Part shown: positions 1 through 12,971 of the stretch, piece after piece
Layout: each line of letters begins with the position of its first letter
Position numbering within the stretch: the stretch's first letter is position 1
NCBI GenBank assembly: GCA_050015075.1
Contig: JBEKCB010000006.1
Coordinates: 32,001 to 96,000 of the forward strand
Direction: 5' to 3'
DNA length: 64,000 nt
From: Candidatus Brocadiia bacterium
GTDB taxonomy: Bacteria > Planctomycetota > Brocadiia > CAIUPP01
Translations under genes and position numbers: made by a program
Notes under the pieces: model-generated
Databases searched by the model: none
Told to the model about the DNA's origin: nothing
Seen by the model: the letters and a program-made list of their open reading frames with translations, nothing else

Positions 1-1329
1 GACGGGGCAATCGGTAAAGGTGTTGCCTTCCAGCGTGATTCGTTCCGCCTCGGGGCTGATGCGGATGGCGACTTTTTGCTTGCCGTCCTTGCTGTTCTTG
101 AAGCGGCAGTTGACGATGGTGATGTCGCGCGTCCTGCCCTGAATGTCCACGCCGCAGTCGCCCAGGGCGCCGCCGTTGTCGCTGATCGCGCAGCCCTCGA
201 GGCGGTTGCGGTCGCCCTGGCGGTTCTCGCCCTGTTCGATCCGGAAATTGACGCCCGATTTGCCGTTGCGCTCGATGGCGCAATTGCGGAGGACGTTGTC
301 GGTGTCCCTGTGGCCGAAGTTCGTCCCGTACCGGATGTTGTCGGACAATGTGCAGTCCTCGGCCAGGCCGTCGCAGGCCGACCAGCACCAGTAGAGCCCC
401 TCGTAGTTCCCCTTCGCGACGCAGCTCTTGAAGGTCGGCCGCTGCGATCCGCTGCCGGGATGGAAGCCCAGGACCGTGTTGTTGAGCGACCGGCAGTTCT
501 CGAAACGGAAGTCGTTGCTGCCCTGGAAGCTGAATCCGTCGCCGTTGAAGTCGTGCGCGATCACGTTCCGGAAGCTCCAGCGATTGCAGTTCTGCGCGAA
601 AGCGGCGCAGCCGTAGTTGTCGTCCAGTTTCGCATTCTCGGCGCGGCTTCCGTCGAGGACGATGTCCTCGACCGATACGTCATTCACGTCGCGCCCGTAA
701 AGGATGGAGAAGAGCGTCTGGACCTTGGCCTCGGTCTCCATCCAGTAATCCTTCTCGCAGTGGCGGTCGAGGTACAGGACATTTCCCTGGATCGCCGTGA
801 CGGTGTAGAAGGCGATCTCCGTTATGTCATGCTCCGCGGCCGACGGCTTGTTCTGGACGCAAATCCCGCAGCCGACGGTGAACCCTTTCGGGTCGGCCAC
901 CTGGAGGCAGTACTCGAACGCGTCGGCGTCGCGGGTGAGCGACGTGCTGACGCTGGGCGCTTTCTTGAGGATGGTCTTGTCGCCGGAGCCGCGCAAGGTG
1001 ATGCCCGGCCGGAGGAAGATGGAGTTGCGCATCATGTACGAGCCGGGGAGCACGCGGACCGCGCCGCCGCCCAGGCGGAAAACGTAGTCCACCGCCGCCT
1101 GGATGACCTTGTCGTCATTGCCCTGCAGGTCTCCTTCACCCTGGCCGACGGTGATCTCCATTCGCTGCGGCTTGCGGATCGGGCGCATAGTGCTGAAATC
1201 GGCGGGCAGGTTCTGTGACATTCCTTTGGGCTCCTTCATATCGGCTGCCATCGCGTCCACCGGCGCGCCGGCGCACACAAACGCTAGCGCCAGCCATCCG
1301 ATAGGCCTCGCGACTATGCTCGATTTCAT
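1..1329 (-). CDS. Secreted right-handed parallel beta-helix (pectate-lyase-like) protein; 3' end runs off the window
   Basis: Hand-translated from ATG at 1329: signal peptide MKSSIVARPIGWLALAFVCAG, then DDKVIQAAVDYVFRLGGGAVRVLPGSY...GITLRGSG, the typical N-cap of beta-helix proteins. Absent from the ORF track because no stop is in the window. Confidence 0.8.
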   Translation of the reverse strand, partial: MKSSIVARPIGWLALAFVCAGAPVDAMAADMKEPKGMSQNLPADFSTMRPIRKPQRMEITVGQGEGDLQGNDDKVIQAAVDYVFRLGGGAVRVLPGSYMMRNSIFLRPGITLRGSGDKTILKKAPSVSTSLTRDADAFEYCLQVADPKGFTVGCGICVQNKPSAAEHDITEIAFYTVTAIQGNVLYLDRHCEKDYWMETEAKVQTLFSILYGRDVNDVSVEDIVLDGSRAENAKLDDNYGCAAFAQNCNRWSFRNVIAHDFNGDGFSFQGSNDFRFENCRSLNNTVLGFHPGSGSQRPTFKSCVAKGNYEGLYWCWSACDGLAEDCTLSDNIRYGTNFGHRDTDNVLRNCAIERNGKSGVNFRIEQGENRQGDRNRLEGCAISDNGGALGDCGVDIQGRTRDITIVNCRFKNSKDGKQKVAIRISPEAERITLEGNTFTDCPV

Positions 1330-1501
1330 GGACCGCTTCCTCTCCAACACTTCAGCCGCGATTTCCCGTCCAACCGTCCTCCAAAGCCCGGCCTCCTTTG
1401 GAGCGCGAGATTACATGGTCGAATTACCGCTGTCAAGCAGCTTGCGTCAGTGGGCTTTTTCCGGCGAACTGCACTTGACAGGCTGATGTGATATCCGACT
1501 T

Positions 1502-1543
1502 GTCCGCCGTAGCCCTGAGCGCAGCCGAAGGGGCGAAGACGGA
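1502..1543. repeat. Composite REP: CCCTGAGCGCAGCCGAAGGG inside GTCCGCCGTAGC...GCGAAGACGGA
   Basis: Core 1513-1532 recurs at 34038, 36668 and 37377. Confidence 0.65.
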
Positions 1544-1629
1544 TTAGCGAGTCCGGCGGCGAACTGTCAAGATGCGGACAATAGCCGGCGATGCGTACAG
1601 GAAAAAGGCCGAGAAAACGCGGCCCACGC

Positions 1630-1665
1630 TTGCTTCACACATCGTATTGTGTTATGCTGTGTGTG
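1630..1665 (+). promoter_or_regulatory. sigma70-type promoter of vapBC with an overlapping CACACA...TGTGTG inverted repeat (probable autorepression operator)
   Basis: TTGCTT-N17-TATGCT; GGAGGT RBS immediately downstream. Confidence 0.55.
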
Positions 1666-1677
1666 GAGGTGATGACC

Positions 1678-1878
1678 ATGGCAACCAATCTGCAGCTCGA
1701 TGACCGACTCATCCGGAAGGCCGTCATGCTGGGCGGGCACAGGACGAAGAAGGCCGCTGTCACCCAGGCGTTGACGGACTACGTGCGCCATCTTCAGCAG
1801 GAGAAGATTCTCTCGCTGTTCGGTAAGGTGGATTTCGACCCTGATTACGACTACAAGAAACAAAGGGCGAAGGGGTGA
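1678..1878 (+). CDS. vapB: Type II TA antitoxin, VapB family
   Basis: MATNLQLDDRLI...TKKAAVTQAL; GGAGGT RBS; GTGA overlap with the PIN toxin gene. Confidence 0.88.
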   Translation: MATNLQLDDRLIRKAVMLGGHRTKKAAVTQALTDYVRHLQQEKILSLFGKVDFDPDYDYKKQRAKG

Positions 1879-2288
1879 GAGTGCTCGTAGATACGAGCGT
1901 GTGGTCGCTGGCCTTGCGGCGCGGGCAACAGAGAGAACGGCCCGAAGCAGCGGAGCTTCGCCGCCTGATTGCCGATCACCGCGTGGAAATCATCGGCCCT
2001 GTCCGGCAGGAGATTCTTTCGGGAATTCGTGAGCCTTCTCACTTTGAAAAGCTCGAAGAGCGTCTTGCGGATTTCCCGGACTCGCCTATCAGGACTGAAG
2101 ACTATGTAACCGCTGCCAAGTTCTTCAATCTGTGTCGTTCGAAAGGCGTCCAGGGAGCAAACACTGATTTCCTGATTTGCGCCTTGGCCGTGCGAAACGA
2201 ATTCGCCATTTTTACGACCGACAAAGACTTCGCGCTTTTCGCCAAGTGCCTGCCGATTGTGCTGCATAAAAATGCAGAAGATGGGTAA
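1875..2288 (+). CDS. vapC: PIN-domain toxin, VapC family
   Basis: VLVDTSVW, QEILSG, TDFLICA and TTDKDF supply the acidic PIN residues. Confidence 0.92.
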   Translation: MRVLVDTSVWSLALRRGQQRERPEAAELRRLIADHRVEIIGPVRQEILSGIREPSHFEKLEERLADFPDSPIRTEDYVTAAKFFNLCRSKGVQGANTDFLICALAVRNEFAIFTTDKDFALFAKCLPIVLHKNAEDG

Positions 2289-2483
2289 ATATGGTCCTTT
2301 GAAAAGTGCTTCTGGAGCTTTTCGGCAAGATGCACCGGATTCTTATTGAAACTGTGACAGCATAAGTGTTATGTCGTTGTATCGAGCCTCTGTTGGGCGT
2401 GTCGTTGGATTAGATTACAAAGGCGCTCGGCGCGTGCGAGGAGATTCTTAACCTTCGCAGGTATCAGCAAAGTCACAGCCAAT

Positions 2484-2539
2484 CGTCCTCGTCGTCGTCC
2501 TCGCTCTCGGTCGTGAAGGTGAACGGTTCGAGGACGAGG
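2484..2539. repeat. CTCGTCGTCGTCCTCG...CGAGGACGAG imperfect inverted repeat between converging genes
   Basis: CTCGTC/GACGAG arms in the vapC-uvrA gap; may also act as a terminator. Confidence 0.4.
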
Positions 2540-2565
2540 CAGTTCTCGCCTGGGCGTTTATGCCT

Positions 2566-5435
<2,870 letters not shown>

Positions 5436-5439
<4 letters not shown>

Positions 5440-6428
5440 GGGAACGGCTCCTCCTCGACGGGCGCGGCGTTCGCCAGGCGCAGGCGCGCCTCGCGGACAT
5501 CGGCGGCGATGCGCTCGGCCAGCGACTCGGCCGACGGGAAAATCTCCTCGGCGCGGATGCGGTCCACGAACTGGACCTCGACATCCTGCCCGTAAAGGTC
5601 GCCGGAGAAATCCAGGATGTGCGTTTCCACGATGATCCGTTCCGAGAGATACGCCGGGCCGGTCGGCTGCAGCGTCGGCGCCGGGCCGATGTTCGTTACG
5701 GAATCGCGCATCGAGCCGCCGATCAGGCAGCGCGTGGCATAGACGCCCTGCGGCGGCCGAACCTCGTGATGCAGGTCCAGGTTGATCGTCGGGAAGCCGA
5801 TCCGCCGGCCGCGGCCCAGGCCGGCGATAACCGTGCCGCGGACGCACACGCGGCGGCCCAGCAGGCGCTCGGCCAGGCGCAGGTCGCCGGCGCGGATGGC
5901 CTCGCGCAGACGCGTGCTGCTGACCGGCGCGCCGTCGAGTTCCACCACCGGGACGGAGCGGGCCTCGAAATGGAATTGCGCCGCCAGACGGCGCATCAGC
6001 TCGAAGTCTCCGCGCCCGTCGCGCCCGAAGCGCGTATCGTGCCCGAGCAGCACGCCTTCCGCCTTCAGCCGGTCCACGAGAAGGTCCTTCACGAATTCCT
6101 CCGGTTCGAGCGCCGCGAGCGGCGGTTCGAACGTCAGCACGACCGTCGTGTCGAGCCCGAGCCGTTCGAAGAGCATCAGTCGGTGGTCCAGCGACAGGAT
6201 TTGTCCCCAGGACGCGCCATGCGGCAGGCGGGGCTTGCCCGTCAGGGCCGCGCGCGGCGGGCGGTCGAACGTGACGACGACGGCGTCGCCGCCGGTCTCG
6301 CGCGCCCAGGCGAGCAGGCGCCGCAGCACGCTGAGGTGCCCGCGGTGCACGCCGTCAAAAGTGCCAAGGGTCACCTTGGCCTTCGTGAACGGGCCGATCG
6401 CGGATGTGAGACCGTGGAACGTTTTCAC
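5436..6428 (-). CDS. ribF: Bifunctional riboflavin kinase / FMN adenylyltransferase
   Basis: [32 protein letters not shown]. Confidence 0.95.
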
Positions 6429-6528
6429 ATGTCACCGGACGCAAGTGCCTCGCTGCGCCAGATCATATCGGCAGGAGAAGCTACGGCCGCCCTGCGCCGC
6501 GCCGTATTCTTCCCGTTGTTCCTCGGCG

Positions 6529-8304
6529 TCATTGCATCTGCGAGCCGAGGTAATTCATCACTTCCTGCGACGGGTGCGCGTCGCGGCGCACGTCGGCGAG
6601 CCAGGTCTGCCTGACGGTGTCGCGCTTGCGGGACAGGAGATCCTCGGTGATGCCCGCGATGTTCTTTTCGAAATCTGCGCGGTCGGCGGGCTTCACGGCG
6701 ACCCGCTTCAGGAGGAAGACGGCGCGCGCGCCGGCCGGCTCCAGCGCCTTGCCCACTTCGTTGTCCTTGAGCGCGAACGCCGCATCGGCGAAATGGCTAT
6801 AGTCGTAGTCCCCGGGCAGACCGATCCTCATCGCGAACCGGTATCCCATGTATTCCTTGGGACGGGTGAAGAAATCGCTCTTCCCGCGCTCCACGCAGTC
6901 CTTGAGGTCCTTCTGGATTTCCTCCTGCGTGAAGGAAAGCGCCTTCAGCCGCTCGGCGACCGCGGCCTCGATTTTCGCCGCGGCGGCGTCGAGGCTCGAC
7001 GGGTTATCCTTCAACGCCTGCTCGGCCATTTCCTGCGCCAGATCGTATCCCTTCGCCGCGCGATAGTCCTTCTCGACCTGCTTGCGAATGGCGTCGAACG
7101 GCGCGGGACGCGGGTCCTGAATCTTCAGGATCTGAAAGATGAACTTGCCGTCGCGCGCCTCGAGCGTCACGCTGGGCCGGCGGATGTTCGAGGCCGACTG
7201 GCCGAAGGCCTTGGACCTGAGATCGGTCGCTCCCGGGAGTATCATGTCCGCCTTGTCGGCGGGGAACAGCGGGCTGACCTGGTGGACCAGGTTGAACTTC
7301 TTCGCGATTGCCGCGAAATCGGCGGCGCGGACTTCTTCCGATCCGAAAGGCACCTCGGTCTGGGTGGCGATCTCGTCGTTGACGTCCTTCATGTCCTCGT
7401 CCACGACGCGCATGGCCTCTTCCTTGCGCAGCTCGGCCTCGATCTGCGGGGCCACCTCGGCCAGCGGCTTGAACTTGGGCGGCTCGTCCGGCTTGGCCTC
7501 TTGCGGGGGCACGCGGACGCGGTACTGGTCCTTGTGCGCGTTGTAATAGGCGTTCACCTGCTGCTGCGTGATGACGACGCTGTCGAGATATCGCGCGGTG
7601 GGACACAGGAGGTACTCGATGCTGACCTGCTCCGGTTCCAGGTAGCCGACGTCGTTCGGGTCGCGCTCCGGCGGGGTGTTCTTGTGTTCATCGTAGAATT
7701 CCTGCACCGACTTGTCATCCGCGGCGACCAGCGGCGCGAACGCGTCGGCGCGGAGGGCGATGTATTCCGCCATGACGCGCTCGTTGTCGCGGGCGTACCA
7801 GAGCCAGGCTTCGTTTTCGGGGAGCGTCACCGACATCAGCACCGTGCGCGCCAGGGTGACGGCGGTCAGATAGGTCTTCAGCGAGTTTTCGAACGACTGC
7901 TCAGACAGGCGGGCCCGCTCGAGGAACACCGCGTACTCCTTCGCGTCGTAGCCCAAGCCGCTCTGAGAGGGGAAGCGCATCTTGAGGAGTTCGGCGATCT
8001 CATCGTCGCCGGCGTTGATGCCGTATCGTTTCGCCTCTTCCGCGAGGATGAGCATCTGCCAGGCCTGCGCCCGGGCCGCCTCGACGTCCGTCCGGCGCTG
8101 GCTCAGCGAACTGAGCGTCATGGCCAGCGCGTCCACCTGCTGCGCCGGCACCGCCTTGCCGAAGATTTTCCCTTGCGGCCCGGGGGTCTTGGCGAACAGG
8201 TAGTTCCACGGCACGAGCCAGGTCACCATGATGACCACGCAGATGACGACGAGCAAAACACCGGCCTTCTCTCGCATCCACTTGTTCATATCGGCCATGT
8301 GCAT
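6529..8304 (-). CDS. Membrane-anchored periplasmic chaperone, PpiD/SurA N-terminal-domain-like
   Basis: N-terminal TM helix, ILAEEAKRYGINAGDDEI, FAAIAKKF and PFDAIRKQV segments; GAGGAG RBS. Confidence 0.7.
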   Translation of the reverse strand: MHMADMNKWMREKAGVLLVVICVVIMVTWLVPWNYLFAKTPGPQGKIFGKAVPAQQVDALAMTLSSLSQRRTDVEAARAQAWQMLILAEEAKRYGINAGDDEIAELLKMRFPSQSGLGYDAKEYAVFLERARLSEQSFENSLKTYLTAVTLARTVLMSVTLPENEAWLWYARDNERVMAEYIALRADAFAPLVAADDKSVQEFYDEHKNTPPERDPNDVGYLEPEQVSIEYLLCPTARYLDSVVITQQQVNAYYNAHKDQYRVRVPPQEAKPDEPPKFKPLAEVAPQIEAELRKEEAMRVVDEDMKDVNDEIATQTEVPFGSEEVRAADFAAIAKKFNLVHQVSPLFPADKADMILPGATDLRSKAFGQSASNIRRPSVTLEARDGKFIFQILKIQDPRPAPFDAIRKQVEKDYRAAKGYDLAQEMAEQALKDNPSSLDAAAAKIEAAVAERLKALSFTQEEIQKDLKDCVERGKSDFFTRPKEYMGYRFAMRIGLPGDYDYSHFADAAFALKDNEVGKALEPAGARAVFLLKRVAVKPADRADFEKNIAGITEDLLSRKRDTVRQTWLADVRRDAHPSQEVMNYLGSQMQ

Positions 8305-8359
8305 AGAGCGCGCTCCTCAGATAATCAGGTCATCGCAAGGCGCATACTCGAAACGCTGC

Positions 8360-8388
8360 ATTATAATCCGATCCGCCCGCGGCTTCAA
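8360..8388 (-). promoter_or_regulatory. sigma70 promoter for the chaperone-ribF-uvrA unit
   Basis: TTGAAG-N17-TATAAT on the minus strand. Confidence 0.7.
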
Positions 8389-8418
8389 GGCATCCCTGAC
8401 TGAGCGGGAACGCAGACC

Positions 8419-8447
8419 TTGACACGCTCGCCGGGCGGTGCGATAAT
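8419..8447 (+). promoter_or_regulatory. sigma70 promoter for the cobalamin operon
   Basis: TTGACA-N17-GATAAT with extended -10 TG. Confidence 0.8.
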
Positions 8448-8468
8448 CCGACGAGTTGTTGCAACGCT

Positions 8469-8653
8469 CACAGGCGCCCGCGAGGGCGTGAAGGGAAGAC
8501 GGTGAAATTCCGTCGCGGTCCCGCCGCTGTGATCGGGGACGAAAGCCGCATCGCGCGCAGGAAACTGCGCGCGCTTGGCCACTGTTCGGGGCGATCCCCG
8601 GACGGGAAGGCGCGGCAAGTAGGATGATCCGAGAGCCAGAAGACCTGCCTGTG
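8469..8653 (+). promoter_or_regulatory. Cobalamin (AdoCbl) riboswitch
   Basis: AAGGGAAgaCGGTGaAATTCCG, CCCGCCGCTGTGA, GCCACTG, GGGAAGG, B12 box GAGCCAGAAGACCTGCC; closing stem CACAGGC/GCCTGTG; upstream of cob/btu genes. Confidence 0.95.
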
Positions 8654-8884
8654 CGCGCTTCGCTTCATGTCGCATGGCCCGCTCGCAGAGCGGGACATGC
8701 TAAGGCTCCGAGGCTGGGCTGATGAAGATGCGGCTGGGCGGCCACACCGATTGCTCCCCTGCGCCTTCGAGGCAAGGGGCATATTGTTGTTCCAACCCGC
8801 GCGCTCCATCCCTCGACCTCCGCCTCATGAAGTAACCCCGTCCGCGGCCTCCGGAAGAGAGTCCGCCATGGAAAGGAGAGGGAC

Positions 8885-9985
8885 GTGAGCAGTCAGCGTT
8901 ATCCTGGTCGCACGGTGAGGTCGCGCAGGTCGGCGCCGGCGTTTGGGGTGGGCGCGTTCACGCTGATCGAGATGCTGGCCGTCATCGCCATCATCGGTAT
9001 CCTGGCCGGGCTGCTTCTGCCCGCGATCACCGCCGCGCGCGAGCGCGGTCGCGAGGCCGCGTGCAGCAGCAACCTGCGCCAGCTCTTCATGGCCACGGAG
9101 ATGTACTGCAACCATTTCGATGAGTACTACTTCCCCGCCGCCCGCGACGTGAACACGACCAACCTCGAACGCTGGCACGGCATCCGCCAGCAGACCGGCA
9201 CCGATCCGGTGACAAGTGCGCCGATATACACCCCGTTCGACCCGAGCCTGGGCAAGCTCGCTCCGTACCTCTACATCAACACCGTCGTCAACACCACCGG
9301 CACCGCGGGTAACACCGGCACCGTCGAGGCGCAGATCAAGCAGTGCCCCACTTTCGCCGGCAAGTGGATCGGCGCGGGCGCTTATGAGATCGGCTGCGGC
9401 GGCTACGGCATGAGCCACCTGTACGTCGGCAGCCATGAATACAAGACGCCGGTCTACTATACGAGCGACGTGGTGAGCGCGCCGAGTACTTTCGACGACC
9501 TGACCGCCGTCGAATGCGGCTCCAACCGGCATGAAGTGCGCGTGCCGGAGCAGACGCTCCTCTTCGCCGATGCGGCCGCGCCGGACGCCAATTTCTCCGG
9601 CAAGGTCATCGAGTACTCCTTCGCGGAGCCGAACTACTTTACCAATTCCGGGCGGTGGGACCCGACGCTGCCGCCCTGGGGCGACTTCCATCCCGATCCG
9701 AACTATCCGCCCGACACCGTGGACCTCTCGCACTCGGACAATCCGTCGCTCCATTTCCGGCACACCGGCAATGCCAACGTCCTCTGGTGCGACGGGCACG
9801 TCAGCAGCGAGGGGCCGCTGTTCTCGCGGACGCTGACCGCGACGATCTTCTCAACCGGCTTGCAGACGTCCGTGGACTACTCGACGTACGGGCTCGGATG
9901 GTTCGGCGCCGACGACAACTCGGCCTTCCGGCTCGAGAAGAATACCGCGCAGTGCGTGCAGATCCCTGTTCCACCGGCGGAATAA
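8885..9985 (+). CDS. Prepilin-type N-terminal cleavage/methylation protein with H-X9-DG motif (DUF1559-like)
   Basis: GA|[29 protein letters not shown]...CSSNLRQL; C-terminal [15 protein letters not shown]. Confidence 0.9.
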   Translation: MSSQRYPGRTVRSRRSAPAFGVGAFTLIEMLAVIAIIGILAGLLLPAITAARERGREAACSSNLRQLFMATEMYCNHFDEYYFPAARDVNTTNLERWHGIRQQTGTDPVTSAPIYTPFDPSLGKLAPYLYINTVVNTTGTAGNTGTVEAQIKQCPTFAGKWIGAGAYEIGCGGYGMSHLYVGSHEYKTPVYYTSDVVSAPSTFDDLTAVECGSNRHEVRVPEQTLLFADAAAPDANFSGKVIEYSFAEPNYFTNSGRWDPTLPPWGDFHPDPNYPPDTVDLSHSDNPSLHFRHTGNANVLWCDGHVSSEGPLFSRTLTATIFSTGLQTSVDYSTYGLGWFGADDNSAFRLEKNTAQCVQIPVPPAE

Positions 9986-10600
9986 ATGGCTGAATATCTC
10001 TACCTGGTCAGGCACGGCTCCACCGGGCCGGCGCGCGACGGCCGATATCTCGGCCGCACCGATCTTCCGTTGGACGCCGCCGGCCGGTCCCAGGTCGAGG
10101 CGCTGGCGCAGTCGCTCCGCGTGAAACGCAAGTGCGGGCGATGCGTGTGCAGCCCGCTCCAACGCGCCGCACAGACGGCCGAGATTTTGCAGTCCGCGAC
10201 CGGTTGCGTGCCCGAAACCGACCCAGACCTGCGCGAGATTGACTTCGGCCGATGGGAGGGTAAGATGTTCAACGAAATCCGCGATTCCAGCCCCGAGGAA
10301 GTCGCCCAATGGGCGCGGTTCGCGGTGGATTTCGCGTTTCCGGGCGGCGAAAGCCTGCGCGACTTTCTCGACCGGGTCCGGCGCGCGGCGGACCGGCTCG
10401 CCGCCGACGACGCGGACACCGTTCTCGCGGTCACGCATGCCGGCGTCATCAAGATCATGCTCTGCCACCTGCTCGGACTCGAGGCGCGCCGGTACGTCGC
10501 GTTCGAGATCGCGACCGCTTCACTGACGGTCGTGCGCCTGTTCGAAGGGAAAGGCGTCCTGTCGGAAATGATCCGCGTCGAGCGGCCGGAGCCGAAATGA
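9986..10600 (+). CDS. cobC: Alpha-ribazole phosphatase (histidine phosphatase family)
   Basis: LVRHG, SPLQRA, LREIDFGRWEG, VTHAGVI; cob operon context. Confidence 0.85.
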   Translation: MAEYLYLVRHGSTGPARDGRYLGRTDLPLDAAGRSQVEALAQSLRVKRKCGRCVCSPLQRAAQTAEILQSATGCVPETDPDLREIDFGRWEGKMFNEIRDSSPEEVAQWARFAVDFAFPGGESLRDFLDRVRRAADRLAADDADTVLAVTHAGVIKIMLCHLLGLEARRYVAFEIATASLTVVRLFEGKGVLSEMIRVERPEPK

Positions 10601-10601
10601 C

Positions 10602-11147
10602 ATGGCGCACATTATCCTGGTGACCGGCGGCAGCCGCAGCGGCAAGAGCGCGCACGCGCTGGACATCGCGCAGCGCCTCGACGGGCCGCGCGCCTTCGTC
10701 GCCACCTGCCCGGCGCTTGACGACGAAATGCTGGCCCGCATTCAGATGCACCGGAACTCCCGCCGGCAGGCCGGCTGGCGGACGATTGAAGAAACCGACG
10801 ACCTCGCCTCCGCGCTCGCGCGGGCCGCGGATTGCCGCGTGGTGCTGGTGGATTGCCTGACGCTGTGGGTCAACAACCTGCTCTATAACGCGGAGCAGGC
10901 CGGCCGCGCGCTGGAGGAGAGCGACATTCAGAAGCACTGCGAGGCGGTGCTTCGCGCCTGCGCTCCGCTCGCGGGAACGGTCCTTTTCGTGACGAACGAA
11001 GTCGGCTGGGGAATCATCCCCGAGAACGCCTCGGCGCGCCGGTTCCGCGATCTCAGCGGCCGTTGCAATACCGTCATGGCCGCCGGCTCGGACGAAGTCA
11101 TCCTGGTCGTGTGCGGACTTCCCATCCATTTGAAGAAAGGAGACTGA
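10602..11147 (+). CDS. cobU: Adenosylcobinamide kinase / adenosylcobinamide-phosphate guanylyltransferase
   Basis: VTGGSRSGKS, LVDCLTLW, VTNEVGWGIIP, FRDLSG. Confidence 0.95.
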   Translation: MAHIILVTGGSRSGKSAHALDIAQRLDGPRAFVATCPALDDEMLARIQMHRNSRRQAGWRTIEETDDLASALARAADCRVVLVDCLTLWVNNLLYNAEQAGRALEESDIQKHCEAVLRACAPLAGTVLFVTNEVGWGIIPENASARRFRDLSGRCNTVMAAGSDEVILVVCGLPIHLKKGD

Positions 11148-11148
11148 C

Positions 11149-12216
11149 GTGGCGAACGTCCTGGAAGAAAGGCTCAACGGCATTCGCGAGCAGGATGCCG
11201 AGTGGCGCGCGAAGGCCCATGCGCGGCTGGAGCAGCTCACGATGCCGCACTGGGCGCTCGGCCGCCTGATGGACCTCGCCGAGGACCTGGCCGGCATGAC
11301 GCGCTCCATGAACCCGCCCGTCGCCCGGAAGACCATCGTCACGATGGCCGGCGACCACGGCGTCGTGGCCGAAGGCGTCAGCAAGTACCCGCAGGTCGTC
11401 ACGCTGGAGATGGTGCACAACTTCGTCACCGGCGGCGCCGGGATCAACGCCCTCGCGCGCGTCGTCGGGGCGCGCGTGGTCGTGGTGGACATGGGCACGG
11501 CGGGCGATCTGGCGGAACTGGCGAAGAGCGGGAAGATCCTGTCGCGGCGCATCGGATCGGGCACGCAGAACATCGCGCGCGGCCCGGCGATGAGCCGCGC
11601 CGACGCCATCCGCTGCATCGAAAACGGCATGGAACTCGCGCTCCAACTCGGCGACTCCACCGACGTCTTCGGCTCCGGCGACATGGGCATCGGCAACACG
11701 ACGCCCAGCGCCGCCATCGCGGCGGCCATCACCGGCTGCACGCCGCTGGCGGCCACCGGGCGCGGGACCGGGATTGATTCGGAGCAGCTCCGGCACAAGG
11801 TCAGCGTCGTCGAGCGCGCGCTGGAGGTGAACAAGCCTGACCCGACCGACGGGCTCGACGTGCTCGCGAAAGTCGGCGGCTTTGAGATCGGCGGCATCAC
11901 CGGGCTGATCCTCGGCGCGGCTCATCTGCGCAAGCCGGTGATTGTGGACGGCTTCATCTCGACCGCCGGCGCGCTGATCGCGCAGACGCTTTCACCGGAG
12001 GCGGCCGACTACATGATCGCCGCCCATCGCAGCGAGGAGTCCGGGCACGCGATCATGCTCCAGCATTTGAAGAAGAAGCCCCTGCTCGATCTCGGCCTGC
12101 GGCTCGGCGAGGGGACCGGCGGCGCGCTCGCCATGAACCTGGTGGAGGCGGCCGCGGCGATCCTGACCCGCGTCAGCACGTTCGACGAGGCCTCGGTCTC
12201 CAAGGCGAACGCATGA
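11149..12216 (+). CDS. cobT: Nicotinate-nucleotide--dimethylbenzimidazole phosphoribosyltransferase
   Basis: AGDHGVVAEGVS, GDMGIGNTT, VGGFEIG, LRLGEGTG. Confidence 0.96.
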   Translation: MANVLEERLNGIREQDAEWRAKAHARLEQLTMPHWALGRLMDLAEDLAGMTRSMNPPVARKTIVTMAGDHGVVAEGVSKYPQVVTLEMVHNFVTGGAGINALARVVGARVVVVDMGTAGDLAELAKSGKILSRRIGSGTQNIARGPAMSRADAIRCIENGMELALQLGDSTDVFGSGDMGIGNTTPSAAIAAAITGCTPLAATGRGTGIDSEQLRHKVSVVERALEVNKPDPTDGLDVLAKVGGFEIGGITGLILGAAHLRKPVIVDGFISTAGALIAQTLSPEAADYMIAAHRSEESGHAIMLQHLKKKPLLDLGLRLGEGTGGALAMNLVEAAAAILTRVSTFDEASVSKANA

Positions 12217-12971
12217 GACGCTTCATCGCGGCGATGAGATTCCTGACGGTGATCCCGTTCCCCGGAACCTGGGGCGCGGATGAAGCCTCGCTCGCCGGCA
12301 GCACGGTTTTCTTTCCCGCGGTCGGCCTGCTGATCGGGCTCGGCGCGGCGGGAATCGCCGCTTGCGCCGTCCGCTGGTTGCCGGCCGGTCCGGCGGCGGC
12401 GCTCGTCATCGTGGCGCTGCTGGCCGTCTCCGGCGGGCTTCACATGGACGGCCTTTCGGACACGGCCGACGGACTGCTGAGCGCGCGGCCGCGCGAGCGC
12501 GCGCTGGAGATCATGCGCGACAGTCACGTCGGCGCGATGGGCGTCATCGCCATCGTCTGCGCGCTGCTGCTGAAGTTCGCGGCCGTGGCGTCCCTGCCGG
12601 CGGCGGAGCTTTGGCGCACCGCCCTGCTCATGCCGGTCGCGGGCCGGGCCGCCCTCGTCGTCACGATCGCGCTGCTGCCCTATGCCCGGCCGGGAGGCGG
12701 CCTGGCCGCGCCGTTCTATCGCAACCGTTCGATGCTCGCCGCGCTGGCGGCTGAAGTCATCCTGCTCGTGACGGCGTGGCTCGTCCTCGACCTGGCCGGA
12801 CTCATCGCCGCGTGCGCCTCGCTGGCGGCGGTCCTGATCTTTGCGGTCTATACCTATCGCCGGATCGGCGGCGCGACGGGGGACACGCTCGGCGCGGCGT
12901 GCGAGATCGCCGAGCTGGTCCCGGCCATGGCCATGGCGGCCTGGTATTTTCAGGCGGGAGGCCATCCGTGA
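12213..12971 (+). CDS. cobS: Adenosylcobinamide-GDP ribazoletransferase (cobalamin synthase)
   Basis: GGLHMDGLSDTADG, IMRDSHVGAMG, GGATGDTLGA. Confidence 0.95.
   Translation: MRRFIAAMRFLTVIPFPGTWGADEASLAGSTVFFPAVGLLIGLGAAGIAACAVRWLPAGPAAALVIVALLAVSGGLHMDGLSDTADGLLSARPRERALEIMRDSHVGAMGVIAIVCALLLKFAAVASLPAAELWRTALLMPVAGRAALVVTIALLPYARPGGGLAAPFYRNRSMLAALAAEVILLVTAWLVLDLAGLIAACASLAAVLIFAVYTYRRIGGATGDTLGAACEIAELVPAMAMAAWYFQAGGHP

Noticed and set aside
76-1218. 380-aa plus-strand ORF
   Set aside because: Antisense shadow of the minus-strand beta-helix gene; no recognisable motifs.
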